Translations under genes and position numbers: made by a program
The notes under the pieces: model-generated
What the model was told of the DNA's origin: nothing
The model's input: only the letters and a program-made list of their open reading frames with translations
Database searches by the model: none
In this document: positions 1 through 14,893 of the stretch, piece after piece
How positions within the stretch are numbered: position 1 is the first letter of the stretch
Layout: every line of letters begins with the position of its first letter
Assembly: GCA_002104945.1 (NCBI GenBank)
Contig: MCFH01000005.1
Location: forward strand, 868,001-932,000
Direction of reading: 5' to 3'
Length of the DNA stretch: 64,000 nucleotides
Origin: Piromyces finnis finn
Taxonomy: Eukaryota > Fungi > Neocallimastigomycota

Positions 1-405
1 AGAATATTGTATATTGTCAAAACAAAAAAAAAAGTATAAAAACATAGTAAAAGTTTTCTTGTTTTTATTTTATTTTTTTTAATATCTATTATTCTTTTAT
101 ATATAAATTGAAAATAATTTAATTAAAAAAAAAAAATTATACTAAATAATAATAAATTAAACTTTACTATTTATATCAAATAAAAAAAAATTTTTTTTAT
201 TAAAGAAAAGAAATTTTAATTTATTTTTTTATTTCACTATAAATAAAAATTAAAAATTATATTCAGATATTTTCTCTTTACAAACAAAATTTAAAAAAAA
301 TTTATATAAACGGATATATAAATTGCAGCAATAACGACAACAATAAAATAAAAAACATAAATAAAATATAATAATATTATATAATAAAAATATAAAATAA
401 ACGCC

Positions 406-2355
406 ATGTCAAAGGTATTTTCTATTGGTATTGATTTAGGTACTACCTACTCCTGTGTTGGTGTTTGGCAAAATGATCGTGTTGAAATTATTCCAAATGA
501 TCAAGGTAACCGTACTACACCATCTTTTGTTGCTTTCACTGATTCTGAACGTTTAATTGGTGATGCCGCTAAGAACCAAGCTGCTATGAATCCAACCAAC
601 ACTGTATTTGATGCTAAACGTCTTATTGGTCGTCGTTTCACTGATAGTGAAGTCCAATCTGATATGAAGCACTGGCCTTTCAAGGTTATTGAAAAATCAA
701 GTAAGCCATACATCCAAGTCCAATTCAAGGGTGAAACTAAGGATTTCACTGCTGAAGAAATTTCTTCTATGGTTCTTACTAAGATGAAAGATACTGCTGA
801 AGCTTACTTAGGTGACAAGGTTTCTAATGCTGTTATCACTGTTCCAGCCTACTTCAATGATTCTCAACGTCAAGCCACTAAAGATGCTGGTCTTATTGCT
901 GGTCTTAATGTTCTTCGTATCATTAACGAACCAACTGCTGCTGCTATTGCCTATGGTCTTGATAAGAAGACTGAAGGTGAAAAGAATGTTTTAATTTTCG
1001 ATCTTGGTGGTGGTACATTTGATGTTTCTCTTCTTACTATTGAAGATGGTATCTTTGAAGTTAAGGCTACTGCTGGTGATACTCACTTAGGTGGTGAAGA
1101 TTTCGATAACCGTCTTGTTAATCATTTCGTTCAAGAATTTAAGAGAAAATACAAGAAGGATATCTCAACTAATCCAAGATCTCTTCGTCGTCTTAGAACC
1201 GCTTGTGAACGTGCTAAGCGTACTCTTTCTTCTTCTACTCAAACATCTATTGAAATTGATTCCTTATATGAAGGTATTGATTTCTACACTTCCATTACTC
1301 GTGCTCGTTTTGAAGAACTTAACTCTGATTTATTCAGAAATGTTATTGAACCAGTCGATAAGGTTCTTACTGATTCTAAGTTAGATAAGTCTTCTATTCA
1401 TGAAATCGTCCTTGTTGGTGGTTCTACTCGTATTCCAAAAATTCAAAGTTTAGTTTCTCAATACTTTAATGGTAAGGAACCATCAAAGTCTATTAACCCA
1501 GATGAAGCTGTAGCTTATGGTGCTGCTGTTCAAGCTGCTATTCTTTCTGGTGAAACTTCTGAAAAGACTCAAGATTTACTTTTACTTGATGTTTCTCCAC
1601 TCTCTCTTGGTATTGAAACTGCTGGTGGTGTTATGACTACTTTAATTAAGCGTAATACTACTGTTCCAACCAAGAAGTCCAACATTTTCTCAACCTATGC
1701 TGATAATCAAACTGATGTCCTTATTCAAGTTTACGAAGGTGAACGTGCTCGTACTAAGGATAACAATTTATTAGGTAAATTCGAATTAAACGGAATTCCA
1801 CCAGCTCCACGTGGTGTTCCACAAATTGAAGTTACTTTTGATATTGATGCTAACGGTATCTTAAATGTTTCAGCTGTTGATAAGACTACTGGTAAATCTA
1901 ATAAGATTACTATTACCAATGATAAGGGTAGATTATCAAAGGAAGAAATTGATCGTATGGTCAATGAAGCTGAAAAATATAAGGCTGAAGATGCTGAAGT
2001 TGCTGAACGTGTTGCAGCTAAGAATGGTCTTGAATCTTACGCCTACCAACTTCGTAATTCCATATCAGATGAAAAAATATCTGCTCTTCTTGATGCTGCT
2101 GATAAGGAAAAGTTAAACAAATCTATTGATGAAACTATTGAATGGTTAGACCACAACCAAGAAGCTACTAAGGATGAATATGAAAGTCGTAGAAAGGAAT
2201 TAGAAGGTATTGCTAACCCAATTATGACAAAGATGTATCAAGCTGCTGGTGCTGGTGGTGCTGCTCCAGGAGGTTTCCCAGGTGCTGCTCCAGGTGCTGC
2301 TCCAGGTGGTGCCGCTCCAGGCGGTAACGGTCCAACTGTTGAAGAAGTTGATTAA
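406..2355 (+). CDS. HSP70: Cytosolic heat shock protein 70 (Ssa-type), intronless, 649 aa
   Basis: ORF has the [36 protein letters not shown] and [11 protein letters not shown] motifs, and a GGAAPG-rich tail ending in EEVD (cytosolic Hsp70 signature). Confidence 0.98.
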   Translation: MSKVFSIGIDLGTTYSCVGVWQNDRVEIIPNDQGNRTTPSFVAFTDSERLIGDAAKNQAAMNPTNTVFDAKRLIGRRFTDSEVQSDMKHWPFKVIEKSSKPYIQVQFKGETKDFTAEEISSMVLTKMKDTAEAYLGDKVSNAVITVPAYFNDSQRQATKDAGLIAGLNVLRIINEPTAAAIAYGLDKKTEGEKNVLIFDLGGGTFDVSLLTIEDGIFEVKATAGDTHLGGEDFDNRLVNHFVQEFKRKYKKDISTNPRSLRRLRTACERAKRTLSSSTQTSIEIDSLYEGIDFYTSITRARFEELNSDLFRNVIEPVDKVLTDSKLDKSSIHEIVLVGGSTRIPKIQSLVSQYFNGKEPSKSINPDEAVAYGAAVQAAILSGETSEKTQDLLLLDVSPLSLGIETAGGVMTTLIKRNTTVPTKKSNIFSTYADNQTDVLIQVYEGERARTKDNNLLGKFELNGIPPAPRGVPQIEVTFDIDANGILNVSAVDKTTGKSNKITITNDKGRLSKEEIDRMVNEAEKYKAEDAEVAERVAAKNGLESYAYQLRNSISDEKISALLDAADKEKLNKSIDETIEWLDHNQEATKDEYESRRKELEGIANPIMTKMYQAAGAGGAAPGGFPGAAPGAAPGGAAPGGNGPTVEEVD

Positions 2356-2975
2356 GCAACATAATCTTGTTATTATATATATAAATATTTTTATTTTTTT
2401 TTCTAAAAAAAAAATAACTATCATTTTATATTATACATTTTCCTATTTTTTTTATATAATAATTTTAGAGGTAGGAAAGTTCAATTTAAAATTAATATCA
2501 ATTTTTTAAACAATTAATTGATAGAATGAAATTTTAAATATAATTTATAAATAATCTATTAATTAAAAAGTTCACTTTTTATATATAATATATATATATA
2601 TAATATGCATATATTTTTAAAAAAATATAAAAAAAAAAAAAAACTCATCAGTATACTTTCAAATCTGAAATTAGTAAAAAAAAAAAAAAGGATAATGAAA
2701 GTTGTAAAACAAAAACAAAACAAAAAAAAAAAAAACATTTTATAATCCATTATTTTTTTTAAACAATTTAAATAATACCCAATATTTGTAAATAAAATAC
2801 GATAACATATATAATAATTTTTAAAAAAGAAAGTGTCATTTTTTTTGTGTGTAAAAATATATTTTATTTTAAGCATTTTAAATGATATCTTATAATTACA
2901 AAAAAATTATTTTAATTTAATATAAATTTTATGGAAAATTAATATTTATGAAGGTATTATTTTTTTTTATTTGAT

Positions 2976-3223
2976 GGCCAATGCAACCAATGGAGATCAT
3001 AATTTTGCTCCATGACAAAATTTTAATCTTTGATCTGTTGTCTCATTGGAAGTCAAATACAATTATTAAGGCTTACTTTAACTAAAATTACTAGAATTCA
3101 TTATACCCAGTTTTTATTCATTTGTATTTATTTAAACATATATATTTTTTAATTTTTATTTTATTTTTATTTTTAATTAAATAAAGTTTAAAAATATTTG
3201 ATGCCGTTAAAAAAAAAAAAAAA
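2976..3223 (+). mobile_element. 5'-truncated 3' end of the local LINE family (end of ORF + 3' UTR + poly(A))
   Basis: Colinear with 17761-18082: GCAACCAATGGAGATCATAATTTTG...CATTGG...GTCAAATACAATTATTA...ACTAGAAT.CATTATACCCA...ATATTTGATGCCGTT followed by A15. Confidence 0.9.
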
Positions 3224-3229
3224 CAAAAT

Positions 3230-3741
3230 GACAATACATCCTTAAAATTAGAAAATATACATGAAACAAATCAAGTAAAACTTTTAATAAGGTTAAAAAA
3301 ATATGAAGATATTGAGAAGTTAAAAACTTTTATTAAAAAGATCTTTTTAAATGATGTTAAGGATACCTAGAATTTTCATATGTTCTTTATTAACTATTGA
3401 ATGAAAGAAGAGTACACATTGGATACTAAAAATATTAAATTAGCTAATTCTTATGTTATTAACCAAAAATGTGTATCAAACTGAACTGTAAGAAAAGTCA
3501 ATAACTGGCCTAACAAATGATGTGATTATAATTTTGTTTCCTGATATAACTGACAAACACAATTATTATACTATGATTTATTATTATTTAATTAAAAAAA
3601 GCTAGAATATATTATACTTGTTTATTTGCTTTTTTTAATTAGATGATTTTTTTTTTATTTTAATACCTGTATTAAAGTTTTAATTTAATATGATTTGAAA
3701 AATTTTCTGCCGTTAGTAAAAAAAAAAAAAAAAAAAAAAAA
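3230..3741 (+). mobile_element. Old, internally deleted, degenerate copy of the same LINE family
   Basis: 3232-3355 aligns to ORF 16790-16910 (PKIRKYT*NKSS...KKYEDIE.VKNFY*KDL vs PKFRKYTWCKSS...KKHGDVKAVKNFYWKDL). 3485-3741 resembles the 3' end (ATAATTTTGTTTCCTGATA, CAAACACAATTATTATACT, CTAGAATATATTATAC, TGCCGTTAGT + A-tail). Confidence 0.7.
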
Positions 3742-5735
3742 GATTAAACTTTACATATTAAATTGTACAATTAATTCTTACAATAATTGTAATATTTGAA
3801 TTTTCATTTTACTATATATCAATAGTTAATGAAACTTTATAATATTTATAATATTTAAACATTAAAGTTTTTTTTTTTTTTTTTTTTTTTTGATGTAATT
3901 TGTTGCTTATGTATATATATTTTGAGTCATTTTTTTGACAAATGAATAAAGTAATATTAATTTATTACATAATAAATACTATAGTTTGTGAAAATTTAAT
4001 AATAACAATAGACTTTTAGGAAAAGTGAGTTAATATAAAAAGCTAAAATACTAATAATAATGGATTTATAATCTATGAATATTTTTTTATTCAAAGTTTT
4101 CTTTTAAAATTTTTTGAAACTAGTTTTTATTATATTGCAAAGTGAAATTATTATTTGTTAAAAATTTCAATATTTTATATTACTTAAATTATTAAAATCT
4201 TTAATTTTATTATTTTTGAAAATATTTAAGTACAATCTTTTATGATTAAGGCTAATTCTATGGCGTGTTTTAAAATATCAAGATTTCAATTATTTATAAA
4301 ATATTTCTTTGTAATATTTTAATTATAAATGAGATAAAAAAAAACAAAATGTATATATGACTAATTAAATTTGTAAAAATTTTTAAAATTATAAATAAAA
4401 TTCTATTCTTTTTATGAAGCTATGAAAATATAAAACTTTTTATTTTAATTGATTCTAACCATGTAGAGTTTTTTTTTTTTAAAGTTTAATTAATGACTTT
4501 TTTGGTATAATTAAATTTATTTTTTTAAAAAAATTATTTCTTAAGGATGAGAAATGATTTTGTGTTCATCTAAAAAAAATGTCCTAAAACGTACATATTT
4601 AAATTTGTGATATTATTGTTTAAAAATTTAATATGTTAGAAAGATATATTTTATTTAAAAGAAAAAGTTATAATTAATTAAAAAAAAAAAAATAGATTTT
4701 TTTTAATAATCAAAGTTTAACTAAAATTCAAAAAAAAAAAAAAAAAAGAAATTTTTAATGTAAAGATTTATAAAGTTTTTTAATTCAAAATAATAATTAT
4801 AAAAAATGCTCATAAAAACAATATTGTCATTTTAAGTGATGCCATTTTATTCATAAGCTTGATGCCAAGTTAATATTTTAATATATTATCTTAACAAATA
4901 AAATTTACCAAAGTTTAATATAGACTAGATAGACTTGATGTTTAGAATTTTAAATTTGAAAATATAATATTAATCATACTTATTCAACCAATAGTGAATA
5001 TTAAATTCTTTTAATATCTCTCATAATTGAATTTTAAAAATTTTAAATTCAATATACTCTTGAAAAATGAAATTCATATTTCATTTAATGAAACATTAAA
5101 ATATTAAATAAAACCAAACAATCAATATTATATTTTTTGTAATAGTATATAAAAATTTCTCAAAGTGTATTTTTTAATAAAGATATAATTATATATGTAA
5201 TTAAGTTTTAAAATAAAAAGTAATTTATATTTATTTTTTAATTAAACTTAAAAAAAAGTATGACAACTCCAATAATCAAATTCAAAATTTGATATAATTA
5301 AAATTGAAATTGAGAAATGTATTATAATAATTGAATAGTTTAATGTCACATTATATTATTTATATTATTGCCTAATATGTTATTAGTTTTTTATTTTTAA
5401 AAAAAGATTCTTGTAAGATATCTGAAAAAAAAAAAGATAGTATCATAAAAAGTAATCATTTTATAATAATGAATGCACATTTAAAATACATATAATATGA
5501 TGTGTAAAAAGTAAAAAATAAATATATAAAAGAATAAATTAAAAGTTTATTATCCATTTCAAATATAATATTTTTAACCAATAAATTTAAAAAATGATTT
5601 TAAATTCTAATAAAAAAGGAAAAATATTTATTTATGCCTTTATTGTACGTATATATAAAAGTATATATAAATGCATGCATTCTAAACTGTAATGCATTTT
5701 TTTTAGTAATAAAGTTTATATAAATTAATATACAT

Positions 5736-5766
<31 letters not shown>

Positions 5767-6599
5767 ACTGATTTGAAACAAGAGTCATTTCTATAATGTA
5801 TAATATATTATTATAATAGTAATAAAAGTTAAGATTATTTGTATATTTGTATATAGTACAATAATATATAATATATCATTAAAAAAAAAATTTAAATTTC
5901 TAGTGGAAATGCTTTTTTTTTTATATGCAATATAGAAAAGAGTATTTTTTATATAAATTCTAAATTTATGTAAAAGTAATAAAAAATTTTTCAATATAAA
6001 AAGCATTAATATCATAATTGATTTCAATTTCATACACTAATTTATTATTTAATATTGCTTCTTTCATAATAGTAAATTCATACAATAACTTTATCATGTT
6101 ATAACTTTTTAGCTAAAATAAAACTTTTTTTTTTTTTTTTTTTGATAAGCTCTTATACACAGAATTGGGTGTACTTTGAGTTATAAATCTACATTTTTTT
6201 GCTATTAAATTAATAACGAATATATATCTTCAATTATTAATAAATTTATAATTAATAATATCATTAATATTTTATTATAGTCATCTCCTATTAATAAAAA
6301 ACTTTTTTTCATATTCTCTTTTTATTTATTTTTTAAATTAAAGAACAACACATGGTTGTACTATCAATTTATTTTAATATCTGTCATTACTATTATTTAT
6401 TAAATTATGGTATCACAAACCGACTATTTTTTAAAATTTTCTTTTTTTTTTTTTTTTTACTACTTACAATAATTATTGGCTATTTCCAATTTGGGAGGAC
6501 TATTCATTTTTGTTATTTAGTAATGCTATTGGATAGTGTTTATATTGTGTAATTCAATGAAAAGAAAAAGAAAAATATTACAATCTTTATTTTTATATA

Positions 6600-6779
<180 letters not shown>

Positions 6780-9700
6780 GTATTATATGTATTAATACAA
6801 GTATTATACTCAAATATGAAATAGTATTGCTATTTAAAAAAAAGAGAATATAATAATCTATATTTAATTGAAAAATATAATGTATTATATTAAAATATAT
6901 TCTTCTTATATATTAAATTTATTAAAAAATTTATCAACAGTTGTGTAACAATGTGATCAGTAAATTTTTTTATAAACAACTCTAAAATATTTTTATTAAT
7001 AAATAAGGTTTATGTTAATCAATTATTAATAAATTATTAAAAACAACAAACAAAAAACAAAACAAAACAAATTAAAAATTTTTTAAAAAAAATGACGATC
7101 TTTTTTTTTCTTTTATCATTATTCAATTTCTATAAACAAAAAATAATATTATAAGAAATTATATTTTTTTTTTCTTTCCGCAAGCTTTTATTTAAAACAA
7201 TAAAGCATTCTCAAACATATAAGATTTAATATTTAATTTCTATTTTTATTATATTACCCAAATGTTTCATATATTCTTAAATTGAAAATGTGGTGGGATT
7301 TCTAATAAAATTTTTTTTTTATCTTTGCAATTTTTTTAATTAAAATACAAGTGTTGAAGTTTATTTTCTTTTTGTTGAATATACAATGAATATTAGAATT
7401 TATTAAGATATAGGTTAAACAATGGAATTTTTTTTTTTTTTTTTTTTTTTTGAATTAGTGTAGTAATAAATGTCCAAAATAATTTTCTATGAAAACAACT
7501 ATTTAAACAATAGTTACTGTAATAATGAATAACAACAATTGATCAATATTCATTAATATTTAATATATTTATTATTTTTAATTTATTATAAAAGTATTAA
7601 CAATACTGATCCGTTAATCTCTGTTGTTGGTTATTTTTTATGTAATAGTTTTTAAATAATTAAATAAATCTTTTAATACTTTTCAGACATAAGTACGGTT
7701 TGAAAAACATATATATTTTGTTAATAATGAATTAAAAATGTTTTTATCTTTTTTTAAACATAATGTTAAAATGAATATATAACTAACTAAATAAATAAAG
7801 TGAAAATTTAAATATTATTTTGTTAGAATTTGTTCTATTGCTATTAAAATATTGCTATCATTTTTTTCTAAAACAAATACTTTTATTAACGGTTCATTTT
7901 TACAATTACTATTAATATATATATTATATATAGCTACATTTAATGCGGCAATTAGAGTAAAAATGAAAATTTATTTTTTAATTTTATTAAAATATATCTT
8001 TTCATTGAATATTTAAATTTGGAAAAATAGTCATATTATTTATTAATATAATAATTATTTTTTTAAAAAAAAGAAAGTAAAAACTATTATACTTCCTTAG
8101 CCTTTATTTTTGAAATATTTATATTATACTTTTTTAAAAAAAGTAGTTAAACATAGAAGTTCAAAAAAAGAAATAATATTATAAAATAATGGAAGAACAA
8201 ATTTTTGTGTTTAATATTTAATAAAAATAATTTAAATTTCAAATTTTATATTATTCGTTAATATATATTTTTTTATATTATTGGCTAAGAACTTATATAT
8301 TCTTATAAACAACATTACTATATATAGTAATAAATGAATTATTAGAATTTCAAAAGTTTTTTTTTTTTTTTTTAAAATTGACCGCATCTTTATTTGAAAT
8401 ACGAATCTAAAACACAAATAAATAGTAAATTATAGAATATATTCAATATTATTTAAATAATAAAATGATTAAAGAGACTGTAGTTAAAAGAAAATAATGC
8501 TTGAAAAACTAAACTATAGAAATTGCATAAATTTAATATTAAATAGTAATTATCCATACAAAATCAAAATTATATACTATAAATAATCAATTATTATTTA
8601 GAGTATTTATCATAAAAATGATATTAATATATGAGATTTGAAAAAATCCCATATTTTTAATAATGAATATAGTAAAATAGCAAGATTTATTTCAAGCCAA
8701 AAAGATGACTAATACTTTTTTTTTTTAGCGAAGCAAATTCCATAATTATTTTGATTGGTATATTTTATTGTTGTTTTAATATTTCATAATGCCTCCTTTT
8801 TCAAAAATTTAATTTAAATATTAATATAATTTAAATTTATAATTTTCCATTTCAACAAAAAACATAAATAATATAAATAATATATGGAAAATAATGAACT
8901 ATAATAATTACTCTATTATATAATTTAATTAACTCTAATAAATGGAGAATTGGTATTTAATATGAATAAAAAATTAGTAAAACAAATAATAATATGGTTA
9001 TAATAATGTGGTTGGTATATTATTATTTTAAATGAAACTTTATTTTTAATATATTATTATTGTATTTATATATTTATATAAAATATTTTATTTATTTATT
9101 ATAATATAATTTGAATAGATAAATTTTTTTAAATATACTTTACAATTTTCAGTTTCACAAAAGTTTTACTACTCAATACCAAATTTGGTATTAAAAATAA
9201 TAGATCCAATGATAATTAACTACTATATATTAAATTTTTGATTAGTGTTTTTAAATTAAGATAATAATATCATAATGGAGTATATTAGTTTATCGTTGTG
9301 TTCCATTTCAATACCACCAATAACATAATTAATAAATTTTATTTGGTATAGGAAACATAAATTATATTTGCTTTATCATACCTAAAAATGTTTGTGAAAT
9401 AATAAATCTTTTCATTTTACTTATGTTTATAATAATATTTGTTTAATGTTGATTTTATGCTTTTATTTATTTCACTGAAATTTTAAGTATAGTTAAATAG
9501 ATGAATACTGTAACATTATATATAATTTTTATTTTTTATGCTGTTAAAAATAAATTTAATTTTTTTAAAATGATTTCTTTAAATTATGCTTTTTTTTTTT
9601 AATTTTACCTATTTCATAAATAATTAATTTTTTTATAAAAAAGGCTATATGTAAAAATTATTCATGTATCCTTTTGCAGATAAATGAAAAATGATGTTAA

Positions 9701-12700
9701 TAATTATAAAGAACACCAATAATATCTAAGCTTTTTACTTTTATTTTTTTTATTAAAAAAAGTGCTTATTATTTTTTTATATTAGTTAAAATGTCATAAT
9801 ATTTGTCATTTTATACTTTATTTTGAAGTATTTCTATTAATTATATTTCTATTAATTAAGCTTTTCCACATATATATGTTTTTTTAGTATTTTTACATTT
9901 TATAATAATGAAGTGAACGATTTAGTTCATACGAAGAAATGAATAGAATATATCAAATATAATTGGTGTAGTTACCATCATGACTTTTTTTTTATATATA
10001 AATTAGTCATTATCTTTACTTTTTTGATAATGTAGATTGAAATAGCAATATTTCTTTATCATTTTTTTCATTTATGTATATAATTATTTCCTTTCTTTTT
10101 TGTTACCCTTTTTATGTATTAGTGTTATTGATATTTTTTTAATTTTTACTATTGTTATTGATAAGTAAACAAACTATTTTTATCGCTAGCGAGTGATTCG
10201 TTTAATTCAAGCTAAATGTTTCTACTATAAAGCGTGACTCTACACCTTACAAAAATATTTTTCTTATTATATTTTAAAAGTTTCATTATAATTATTGTAA
10301 AGAATTCTAAATATTCATATTATCATTTAGATATAAACCTTATATATTATAAAAATATTTGATCCTTATTTATAATATAAATAAAATTGACTATCATTTA
10401 ATATATTTTGTAATATTATATCTTTATTATTAAATAAGGTTAATATTATATGATTTATATACAAATTATATTAAAATAATATTATAAAAATACTTTTTTA
10501 TTTTATATATGAATGTAATATATTTTAATATTATTTCAAAAAGAACAATTCATATATTACTATATATATTATGGTAGATTAAAACATTAAAGTTTAATAA
10601 ATAGTAAATTTATAGCCTTTACAATTCAAAAAGTAATAATGTAATTTAAATGTTTTGCCTATATTAAAATTTTTTATATCTGGATTTTTATTTCATTGAG
10701 AAGGTATTTCTATTACAATTGTAGTATAGCTATTCTCATTCTTTCTATTCATATCTTATTGTAAATGTTTTTATAATTTATTTTTAGTATATACAGATAT
10801 GTAGTTTATGAATCGATCAAATTATATACTTTAGCCTTAACTTAGATTATCTTAATAGCTTTAAGAAATTGAATAAAAAAATTAATGAATGTAAAATTAT
10901 AGCTAGTTATATACTATAATTTATTGTAAAATTTATCATTTATTATGTAGTTATCATTATTATTAATAATTAATTGTAATTATTATTAGTAATACAGCGG
11001 AAATTAATGCTAATGATGAATTTGAATCCAAATCATTAGTAAAAGTTACTTTATTCATCCTATTTCTATTGTTTCTAATTCATAATTATTTTCTAATATC
11101 AATTTCTTTTATTTCTTTTATTCTAATTGTCTTCTTTCCCATCCTTTTTTTGAAGATTAATTTTTTGATGTTTTATTTAATTTATTATAGTTTTATTTAT
11201 TACAAATTAAATAAAACCTTATTTAATAATAAATTAACATTAATATTAATACCTTAATATAAATTATTTATTAAGTATAATATATTGGAATAATGTATTT
11301 TCCAATTTATTCTATATAGTTCATATTTAATGTTAATCACCTCCTTGAATGACTAATTTATTTTATTATGTGTTTTATTATATGTACTTTGTAGTCACAA
11401 TCCTTATATATTACTATATATTAAATTATTAAATTATACATTTTATTTTAATATATTACATATATTTATTTATATATATTTAAGAAATATATAATCATTA
11501 TTTTTAAAAACAATATATTATATTATTCAATGTATACCCATTTATTATTGAAATATTTTCATGTTAGCTTTAATATTATTTAAATTAAATTAGTAGTTTC
11601 AATTCAAAAATTTAAATAGTTTTATTTAATTTTTATTACTTTCTTCGTATATTGTATTATTATGCACTATATATTTATATATAATGCTAATATTTAAATT
11701 AATATCAAAAAATTCATTTATTATTGTAAAAATGAAATTTCCATAAAAAAAAATAATTTATATAAATACCACATTAAAGTTCAAAAATTTTAAAAAATAA
11801 TATACAAAAATAAAAAGAGTTTTTTGTTTAATTCAAAATATTTTCAATTTGAAATTGAAAATATAAAAATTTTTGTTATAGCATTTTTTATTATTTTTAT
11901 AATATGCTAATTTTTTAAAAAAGTAGTAATTCGCATTTTATTTAAAAACTAAAGTTTATCTAAAAAAGGAACGAATCAAGAGTCAAAATGCATAAATATT
12001 ACAATAAGAATCTTTAGTTTTTTTTTTTTTTAAAAAAAATGAAAATAATGACTCAACAAAATCTAATATTGTAATATAATGAAAGTATATTTACTTTCTT
12101 AATATTTCTAAGAGTTCCTAATTGAACAAGCTTTTATATCCTATAAGAAATAATACAATAAAATTGAAGTTATTTCTTTTTATGCTTCAAAAATTTTATA
12201 ATTATTAATGCTAATAATAATAATAAAATTTGAGAAATATAATTGTAAAAAAAAGGTATATAAAGAATAATATAAAACAAAATATTAGTTATTGAATTAT
12301 ACTAATATATTAATCAATATTTTATTAATATAGGCCTAGTAAAATGAATTTTTAGGAAGAATATCTTAATAATCAATAATATTTAAAAATTTGTAATTTT
12401 TAAATATAAATTGATTTGAACATACAATTTATAAAAAATTGCGCAATCTTAATTTATTAATTTTTCAAAAGTTGATCTTTTGGTTTTATTGAAAAAACAA
12501 ATTATGGAAAAGAATAATTAACTGGTTTTAAGAATTCTTTTTTTTTTATAAAAATAAAAACACAAAAGTAGATCTTTTGGTTTGTTTTTATTATATTTTT
12601 ATATAATAAAACATTTTTAATTTATTATTACTCTGTAAAATTAAATTAAAAAGGCCAAAAAACCTTTTATGCTTTATGTGACTTTTTATTTTTATTTTTT

Positions 12701-14788
12701 TTTGATTAATAAAAAAAATTTATACATCTAAGTTGAATGGAAAAACCAAAGCTGAAAGTGAAGGATATGCTACATCCCAATCTTTTATGGAAACCAAAAG
12801 AACAAGATAAATTCTGATTGATTGAGTTACTCAGTTAATTTTTAATTAATAATAGCTTAACAAAAAATAATTAGAATGAATAACAAAGTTATCAAATCAG
12901 ATTAGATTTAAAATGAAATAGGTTTTTAAAATTTAACAATAGATTATAAATTTAATAATTATTAATCAGATTAGAAAAGAAAAAGTCAAAAGTTACTAAA
13001 GTTTTTATGCTAGAAGTAATGATAATATAAAAGAAGGTTTTATTATATTATAATTTATTTATATTATAATTTAATAATCAACAACAAAAATCCATATCAT
13101 CGCCTACAATTGTTCTAAATTGATGAAATTCGCATCGACATGAAAGCCCTTATTTATATCTCGAGATAGTTGAGAATAGAATAATATTCAACTTTAAAAA
13201 ATTCAGTTCATCCTTCAAATATTTTTTACGCTCTGCAAATCTAGTATTATATATTATGATTTATATTCATAAATTTCGTTTATAACAATATTTTAGATCA
13301 AATGATATATCGTAAAACAAAATATTAACTAGTTTATAAAAACATTAGATTGAAGATATAATAGTGTATAATTATTATTTATTCCAATTCTTTTATTTAT
13401 AATTAATTAGGGATGATTAGATTTTTTTTATAAATAGAATATTAAAAATTTTCAAAATCTGAGATATAAATTAACTATTACACATAAAAATTAGGGTTAG
13501 TAGATGATCGACGCTTGAGGAAACTGGCTATAGGAATTCTTTATACCAAACTTTTTTTAACTGGCTTAAACTAAGGAAGAGTTACCTTTTTTTCCTTCGC
13601 GCAGAATCTCACGTTTATTATGAAATGTAGGATCAACAAAGTAATATTGTCATAATCTGAAATTTAAACTACAATCTTTTGTTTTCTTTTTCTTTTTTTA
13701 ATTAAACTGGTTTTTAATTAAAATAAAAAAAAGAAAATTGATAATTATATAATTCAATTAATATATATATATAATGGAATATATATTATTAAATAAATTC
13801 GGAGTAATATAGAAGGAGATGAGATTATATGCTAAATAATAGATTTCCAGAATATATTATAAATTATTTATTATAATAATAAATTATTTATATAAATATA
13901 ATTTAATTGTGTTACTTAAATGGTTATATATGTATGACATTTAAAATAACAAACAATAATCATTATCCTATCTTTGAAAATGATATTTAACATAAATAAA
14001 AGAAGGAAATATAATTATACACAACGAAAAAGCGAAAAATAAAATAACGATGCAGAAAACTATAAGATCATAGTATTTTACACAAAAATTTCAAGATAAA
14101 TGTTTTTAAACGTATAAACAAAATGTCGAAAAAAAAGTTAAAAATTCGAAAAAAAAAAAAAAACAACAACAAAAAACAAAACAAACGAAAAACAATTCTA
14201 ATAATATCGGCACAAAAAAAATTTTATCGTATAATTTATAGCTTTTAAACATAATTTTTAGTTTTTTCTTTATATTTTTTATTTTACATTTTAAACTAAT
14301 TTTTATTTTACTAAAATAATTTAGATTAAGATATTTTATATTTCTACATATAATTTAGTTTTTTATTAACAAATTTTTACAATAATAAAAAGTAAAGAAA
14401 AATACAATTATTAAAAATTAAAATTTTTTTTTATGAAAACAGTTTAAATTAAAAAAATTAAAAATATTATACCTATTTTCATATTAAATTTTTTATATAA
14501 GAAAATTAAGAAAATTAAAACAAAAAACTTTATAAAAATAGTAGTAATAATAATATTTTAAATGAAGAAAAATATTAATAAAAAAAACAAAAAAAAAAAA
14601 GTAACTTTTTTTAAATAGTAGTGTTTTGATGTACAATTTAAATTTGGGAATCTTTAATAAGTTATTTTTTATTTTAGTATTTTGAGGGATATCCGTTAAA
14701 AAGTAAAAATATAATTATAAAAATTCTTGTTAAAATTTTGAATATTTGAATGAAAGTTTTATAATTCAAAAGGTTTTTCATTATTTAT

Positions 14789-14893
14789 TTCATACCTTTT
14801 CAATTGCATTCCTAAACTTAGAAAATATACGTGGTGCAAATCAAGTAGGACACTTGATAAAAAATTAAAGAAGCATGGAGATGTTAAAGCAGT
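14789..14893 (+). mobile_element. Isolated ~105-bp fragment of the LINE ORF (post-RT region), sister subfamily
   Basis: Matches 16780-16884 with about 9 substitutions, several of them synonymous. Confidence 0.9.

Noticed and set aside
303-322. TATA-like TATATAAA boxes upstream of HSP70; searched for heat-shock elements
   Set aside because: TATA matches are uninformative at this AT content, and no clear nGAAn array was found in the 405 bp available.
501-2509. Antisense and alternate-frame ORFs overlapping HSP70 (and similarly over RT, rhomboid, PK and PRP4K)
   Set aside because: Shadow ORFs caused by codon bias of the real genes; no independent motifs.
13491-13500. TTAGGGTTAG telomere-like sequence
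   Set aside because: Fewer than two units and no array.
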